Shown: positions 58,801 to 64,000 of the stretch, piece after piece
Layout of the letters: each line of letters starts with the position of its first letter
Position numbering within the stretch: the first letter of the stretch is position 1
Assembly (NCBI GenBank): GCA_000708835.1
Contig: DF237001.1
Span: forward strand, 1-64,000
Direction: 5' to 3'
DNA length: 64,000 bases
Origin: Klebsormidium nitens
Lineage: Eukaryota; Plantae; Klebsormidiophyceae
Made by a program: the position numbers and the translations under genes
The notes under the pieces: model-generated
What the model saw: only the letters and a program-made list of their open reading frames with translations
The model's database searches: none
What the model was told of the DNA's origin: nothing

Positions 58801-61800
58801 TCGCGGCGGGGGGTGTACGGGTCCGCCTGAAGCTCCCCCCCGAGGAGGGTCAGCGCGTCTTGAAGGACCTGGATGAGATCAAGATTGCAACATGGGATTT
58901 TCAGCACCTACTACATCCTCGCATTGGTTGCTGTTTGAATGTTCAGATTGACGTGAACTTTGCTTAAGTTGATTGAACGCGCGACGATTGTTCAAAGGAC
59001 CAGGTCGGATGTGCAGTGGTGGTTTGGTATAGAATGTTCTTCGGAATGTTCCTTCAAACTTCTCGATCACAAACTCTGAGCCCAATGGATTGCAAAGGCC
59101 CCCGCCTCAGGTTGACGAGATCAAAAGAATGGACCCGACGAAGATAAATGAGCCTTGGCTGCCGCACATGGTCAAAAAGACAGCGTTTTTTCCGGTCGGA
59201 TTCTGTGGATGTTGGAAACTCTCAAAACCTGATCAGCGAGCAACGAAGAACAGACCTATGTGTCCTTTCGTAACCCAGTCAAATGATGGAAATCATAATG
59301 GAATCTTTTGAGGGGGCTTACTTTCTCGTCGCCCCAGCTTTTGCCTTTGAGGAACTCCTCCGTCTTGCTGGCACGTGTCGCACGGCCAGCCACGCCACCG
59401 TACACGATCACGGGTGCAGTGCTGAAGACTCCTGACGTTACAAAAAGAAGACGTCACGATTGCCGCGACAATCGTCACCATTGGGGCTTTCAAACAGGCA
59501 GAGCTGTGTTTCTTGCCGGCAGATCATGCTGCTTGATCACTAACATTGCCCTGTACCCGCACTCCGCCCCATGCCTTTGATTCGCACGGGCTATAAGAGA
59601 AGTATCCATCCTTGCTAAACTGAAAGGTCATCAAATTCATCTGCTTGGCAGGACCCAACATTTTTGAACCTGCCCGGAAGTCAATTGTATCGAAAAGTTC
59701 GTCCAGCGAGAGTACCCCGACTCTTTTCGCATCAATGAGCACCTTGAGGATCTTCTACTCTTGAAAAATGTCAGCCCTAAACCTCGAGACCAAAAGAACC
59801 CAAAATGGGCCATAGAAATAGACTCAGACACGTCGACTGAATCTCCAGATATGAAGACCCCGCCGAGCCTTACCTTCATCGGTAACCGCTGCGCGCATCG
59901 CCATGTTGACCAGCGCGTGAGCGTTTTGCCGCCGGAGCGCCACCTTATGTCCGACGAACTTCTCCTCCTTCCCATACGCCGGCAGAAACACCTCCTCGAT
60001 CACGAGGCCTTTCGGCTCCAGGTCAAAGAACTGGGTTATGCTAACCCGCTCCTTCTTTTTGCCCAGGGTTTGCGCTGACCCGGTTGTCAGGACCGCGCCG
60101 GCGGCGATGAAAATGGTGGCTAAGTCGGAGGTGAAGCCTTCGTGGAGACGCGCCATCATAAGGTTTCCCGCCAAAGAGCCCATGTTGCGGACCTGATGAT
60201 TTGCCACCTGGCAAAAGCAGAGAGCCGGTGTGAAGACCCTTAAGCCGGAGAACTGGTGGTTTGACACCAGGCTAAAGCAGAGAACGGTGTAAATACACAC
60301 CCAGGCTGGAGAGTTGGGGGTTGGTCACATGGCAGAAGCAAAGCACGGCGAGATTTTCCTCAGCGAGCGGTGAGAATGCTCCGAATCAGTGGTGCGACAT
60401 CGCTCCTTTAGTGGATTGCTGACAGTTAGAAGCAATAGTTGGTACGAGGACTACAATATGTGCTTGATGCCGGACAAGGTCGTCCGTCCGTCGATCTCAA
60501 ACAGCACGTTTCTTGTCACAGCGTGTTGGAAATTCCAGGCCCATTTATCAGCTACGGAAACGTTGCGAAAGGGTAGCCGTACAATCAGCTCTACGGCATG
60601 AAGCTGGACCAAGATGTGGGTTTTCTAACTGAACCGGTGGAAGTTCAACGCGACCAGCCGGTGAATCACGATTTATTTTAAGCGCCCGGCAGTTGAAGGC
60701 TCATGTTGCAAGCTCGTTTCAAGTGCCGCGATTGAAGGCGTGATTATCAGACCGCGCCCTACAGCTTTCGCCGTTCTCTTTCCAAGGGTTACGATTGCTA
60801 ATAAGAATGTTTCGTTCAGAGCCTCAAGGTGTCCTTCCGAAAGCAGTCGCAATAATGAGCAAACACTCAGATACATTTATTCTAAAACCGAGCGAAGCTA
60901 GGTAAATAAGGCCTTCAAACGTCATCCTCTAGCATCACAAATGGACGAGTTCGGAAGCGACACGTGCCCCTCATCCACTACGATCAGTAGACCGAATCAG
61001 CGGCCCGTATTTGCAAACAGCGCCCGGCTGCCGTTCAGAATAACAGGCATCTGAACTTCTACAATCCAGGAGAAAAGCGAATCACGAAGTGACACGTGTC
61101 ACTCACCCGCTGCATGTACTGGACCAGCGGCCCGTACGTCGACGACAGTGCCCGGACGCCGTCCAAAACCTTCATGACGTCAGCGATCGTCACCCCCCCG
61201 CCAAACGCGACCCCGTCTTCTCGCACGGTCACGTCCAGCAACTCCGGCACTTTCGAGACGTCAATCAGCAGCCCCGCCTCCGAGGGGGGGTACACCCCAA
61301 CCGAGGTGTTTCCGGCGACCATCCGCGCCCCAGGGCCACACTTAAGGTCGCCCGAAGAGGCGACAATCTGGTCGTGGAGAACCGTGTACAGCTGGCTGAG
61401 TGACGTGGCAGTGAACCAGGTGTAGTCTTCCGAGGACCAGAAACAGGGTTGGTTAGAAGGGTTTAGCGGCGCGGTTAGGGAAGGATGAGTCGTGGGGAGG
61501 GGGGGAGAGAAGTCTTCAATGTCAGAAGAGCAGGGTTTCGTGCAGGGTTTGGCGCAGGCGAAGGTTTGGCCGGCGTTGAGGATGGGGCGGAAACCGGTGC
61601 ACCTGCAGGGACGGTTCGTCAGAAATGCTGTCAGACAATAAGCAAGCGCGTGACGCGGAGGGCAGAGTCATCAAAGAGTATAGAGAAGAAACTGTTTCAT
61701 CTTTCCGATGTTGCAAAGATTGACCTAGTCTCTATCGACAATTCGAGAGGGGTCTTCAAACAAGAACGTAAAGATCTTACATCAATGAGAAGGTTACCTC

Positions 61801-63926
61801 CTGAACAATTGCCTTCCAGCGACACCTGATGAGCGGACTCTGCGATTACGTTAAAGCCCTTGCGCATTGAAAGCTTCTCGCGGATTGGCGGTTTGGCGGC
61901 ACGATGGGAGAAATCTACCCACCGACGTACGAGACCATCGAAAGATAGCACGAGCTGAGGAACTCCCAAAGCAAGCCAGATGTACATTTCAAGCGAAAGT
62001 CGGACGCGATGCAGCGCCGCAGCAATTACCTGCACAGGTTGCCGTCCAAGCGGCCTTCAATTGCTTCTGACGTGGGTTGGAGGTCGTTTTCCAGGAGGCT
62101 GTAGAAGCTCATGATCTGCAAACGAGGGGCACAACCATCCGAATCTGAGAAAGTGATGAGTCGAAGCGCCGACCGAGCGAATTTTGTCAGATATTGCCTT
62201 AGTGTGGATGATGTCCTTTCCAGAGAAGGGCAGGACGAAAACTGGACAAAAACAAAATTCAGATCCTTGTGCTTGAGAAATGTGCCCTCTAAAAATTGCT
62301 CTTCTGTAGCAAAAGCACTCTTGGTTCCTGACCCCTTTTTCAGGTGCGCATCAGAGATCAGAGACGTTTCAGTCCAGCATAAGAGTTCGTCAACGTTCTC
62401 GAAAAGGGCCTTGTCACTTGGAGTTGCATTTGCATGATCGAAATTTGAGTTTGGAGCATGCACGGTCATCAAGGATGAAAAAACTTCGAAGAGGAGTTTG
62501 GACGAGTGAATATCTGCAGGCAAGGTTTCCTGAGCAAGCGCACAAGCAGAAGCACAAGACAAACTGAAACTACCTGCCCCTAAACCGGCCTTGTTTTAAA
62601 AAGCCCTCAACCTGAACATGCTCTTATGCTGAAGAATGCTTCCTGAGGTCCAAACTCTGAAGATCCTGCCAAGGGGTCTTCATACAGAACTGACACCACC
62701 CAGCTTGAAAACCCTGAGAGCCTGCTTGATAGAGAATATCTATTCCATGCACAAGCAGGGCAGTGCAGATAAATTGAAAACCTGACCTGAAGGTTGCCAT
62801 GAAATGTCAGATTGAAAAGTTTGAGTTTGCAGAATCGACTCATGGCCGCCATTGCCCCAATGCGACTGATCTCTTACTCTGTCTCCCCTCTAAAAAGAAA
62901 TGATACTAGAGTTCCGGTGTGTTTCGACTATCATCCAGGTTTCATAAGTCCACTGGATATCGACCATTACTACAAATTATTGTTTTGAGAAAAGCAAACC
63001 GGAACCGGATAGTGAAAGAATCTAAGGAACCAGGCTCGTCTATCAAAAATCGGAGTGTTGGAGAACGCATCGTGCATGTTGATAGAGTTGTGGGCTTTCT
63101 ATGAATCCCAGCAGAAGCAGAAAACTGCCTCAGAAGCAAAGAGGAGCACTCACTCCAAAAAGCTCTCCTAGAATAGTTCCTCTGATGAATCTTTCTAAAA
63201 CCTTTCACTTGGAAGCCCTGATGACAGCACTGATCATGCAACCTTCAATGAAAGCAGCCCCCAAATGCAGAAAAGTAGAGCAAAAAGTCCTAACTGGTGC
63301 GGGGAAGATTTTAATAGTCTTCAAAGCATGAAAAGCCAGAAATGTACGACATAATATTGGGCCTTGAGATCAAAGAGGGAAGGACTTTCAAAGAACACAC
63401 CACCAGGGAACTGGCCTCAGAAAAGTGCCCATCATTCAAATAGGTCTAGTCCAATGAAGACGAAGCAAAGCAAACTTTTCAAATTTTTCGTAAAAGTGCC
63501 CACCATTCCAGCAGTGCAGAAACCACACTGCGTTCCGTCCTTCTCCACAATCGCCTTCTGCAATGGATGCATTCCCTTCTTCCCATCCTTCAGGCCCTCG
63601 ATTGTCGTCACCTCCAAACCCCCCACCGAACACAGGGGCTGCAAGCACGAGTCCACTGGCTTCTTCCACGCTGGCAGTCCTTCCCTGGGGGGCGCCGCCA
63701 GGACTACAGTGCAGGCTCCACAGCCCCCCTGATTGCAGCTGATCTTGGTTCCAGTTAGCCCCACCTCTTTGCGAACGTAGTCAGCTAGTGAGCGGCGAGG
63801 ATCAGGGTTTTGCACAGAGATGGGCTTGCCGTTCAGTGTGAAATGGAGCTCAGTTGCACCAGGACCGACGGGAGGGGGGTTGTTGCAGGGCTGTTGGGAC
63901 GCCCCCGGAGGCAAGAAAGGCGCCAT
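46873..63926 (-). CDS. Aldehyde oxidase-type molybdo-flavoenzyme (XDH/AO family), 23 exons, about 1307 aa; exons 63926-63504, 62115-62030, 61602-61107, 60207-59874, 59431-59322, 58868-58701, 58199-58101, 57606-57413, 56855-56777, 56459-56330, 55714-55554, 54985-54935, 54142-54005, 53643-53545, 53022-52881, 52257-52026, 51336-51177, 50737-50591, 50416-50247, 49470-49239, 48767-48681, 47982-47948, 47023-46873
   Basis: 2Fe-2S motifs TGTKISCNQGGCGACTV, GTQCGFCT and GNLCRCTGFRPI; FAD domain VRNMGSLAGN; Moco domain TTGEAQYLDD, FHLETQ, GGAFGAK, GVEMGQGLNTKVAQ, GKSLNPAIDVGQIHGG and SKCSGEPP. All junctions are phase-compatible; the total is 3924 nt. Confidence 0.95.
51300..51655 (-). repeat. Intronic copies (3 clear) of acceptor plus start of AO exon 17 (WVKRGICLLPT)
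   Basis: gccgcg...cacctggtta at 51321 (real), about 51440, 51505 and 51625. Confidence 0.85.
54105..54432 (-). repeat. About 120-140-bp tandem unit x3: intron end plus acceptor plus start of AO exon 13 (VTVKRVGGAFGA)
   Basis: Real copy at 54107-54186; copies at 54219-54299 and 54354-54431, all sharing gaacgctgaacagggcctc and cacctgc. Confidence 0.9.
55385..55590 (-). repeat. Single intronic copy of AO exon 11 3' end plus donor
   Basis: ccttcgaagggttctgcgatgacggcacaatgtc (about 55394) vs cctgcgagggttctgcgatgacgtgacgatgtc (real, 55553). Confidence 0.75.
57185..57455 (-). repeat. About 70-80-bp tandem unit x4: AO exon 8 3' end plus donor
   Basis: ccgctcacccgaccatgttcccgtatccatcctcaatcatcgacgcagc (real) and degenerate copies at about 57335, 57268 and 57188. 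Confidence 0.85.
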
Positions 63927-64000
63927 GGTTGCGCAATGCTGTGGACTTGTCAAGTGAGCAGTTGGTTCATCGAGCAAAAACAGCGCGTCTGCGGCTGGGC

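Noticed and set aside
62116-62562. Upstream part of the 178-aa minus ORF 62026-62562
   Set aside because: Intronic open frame; only 62115-62030 matches the AO family.
46873-63926. Xanthine dehydrogenase call
   Set aside because: The Glu802 and Arg880 equivalents are absent, so AO-type is preferred.

Overview
Eukaryotic, intron-rich genomic window with four assembly gaps (1321-2110, 15197-15779, 21047-21966, 35860-36727). Gene content, intron density and exon codon style suggest a streptophyte green alga such as Klebsormidium; this is inference only. Six spliced genes were reconstructed by hand from splice signals, phase compatibility and recalled family motifs: (1) a DTW-domain tRNA-uridine aminocarboxypropyltransferase-like gene (-, 3336-7021); (2) a divergently transcribed RDR-gamma (RDR3/4/5-type) RNA-dependent RNA polymerase (+, 7789 to at least 22457) with a canonical DLDGD motif but an apparent frameshifting deletion in exon 3; (3) an R2R3-MYB resembling the MYB98/64/119 group (+, about 28656-34648), preceded by a 4-Cys uORF; (4) a bacterial-type DUF1343/NamZ exo-beta-N-acetylmuramidase with 8 introns (-, 37193-44227); (5) a divergent two-exon orphan gene with an IQ-like motif (+, 44675-45728); (6) a complete 23-exon, about 1307-aa aldehyde oxidase-type molybdo-flavoenzyme (-, 46873-63926). 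The 24.5-28.2 kb intergenic region holds MITE-like elements and long palindromes. The most striking unexplained pattern is pervasive intronic 'exon echoes': tandem, degenerating copies of an exon edge plus its splice site, inside the adjoining intron, in the DTW, RDR and aldehyde oxidase genes. Some copies differ from the real exon almost only at synonymous positions.
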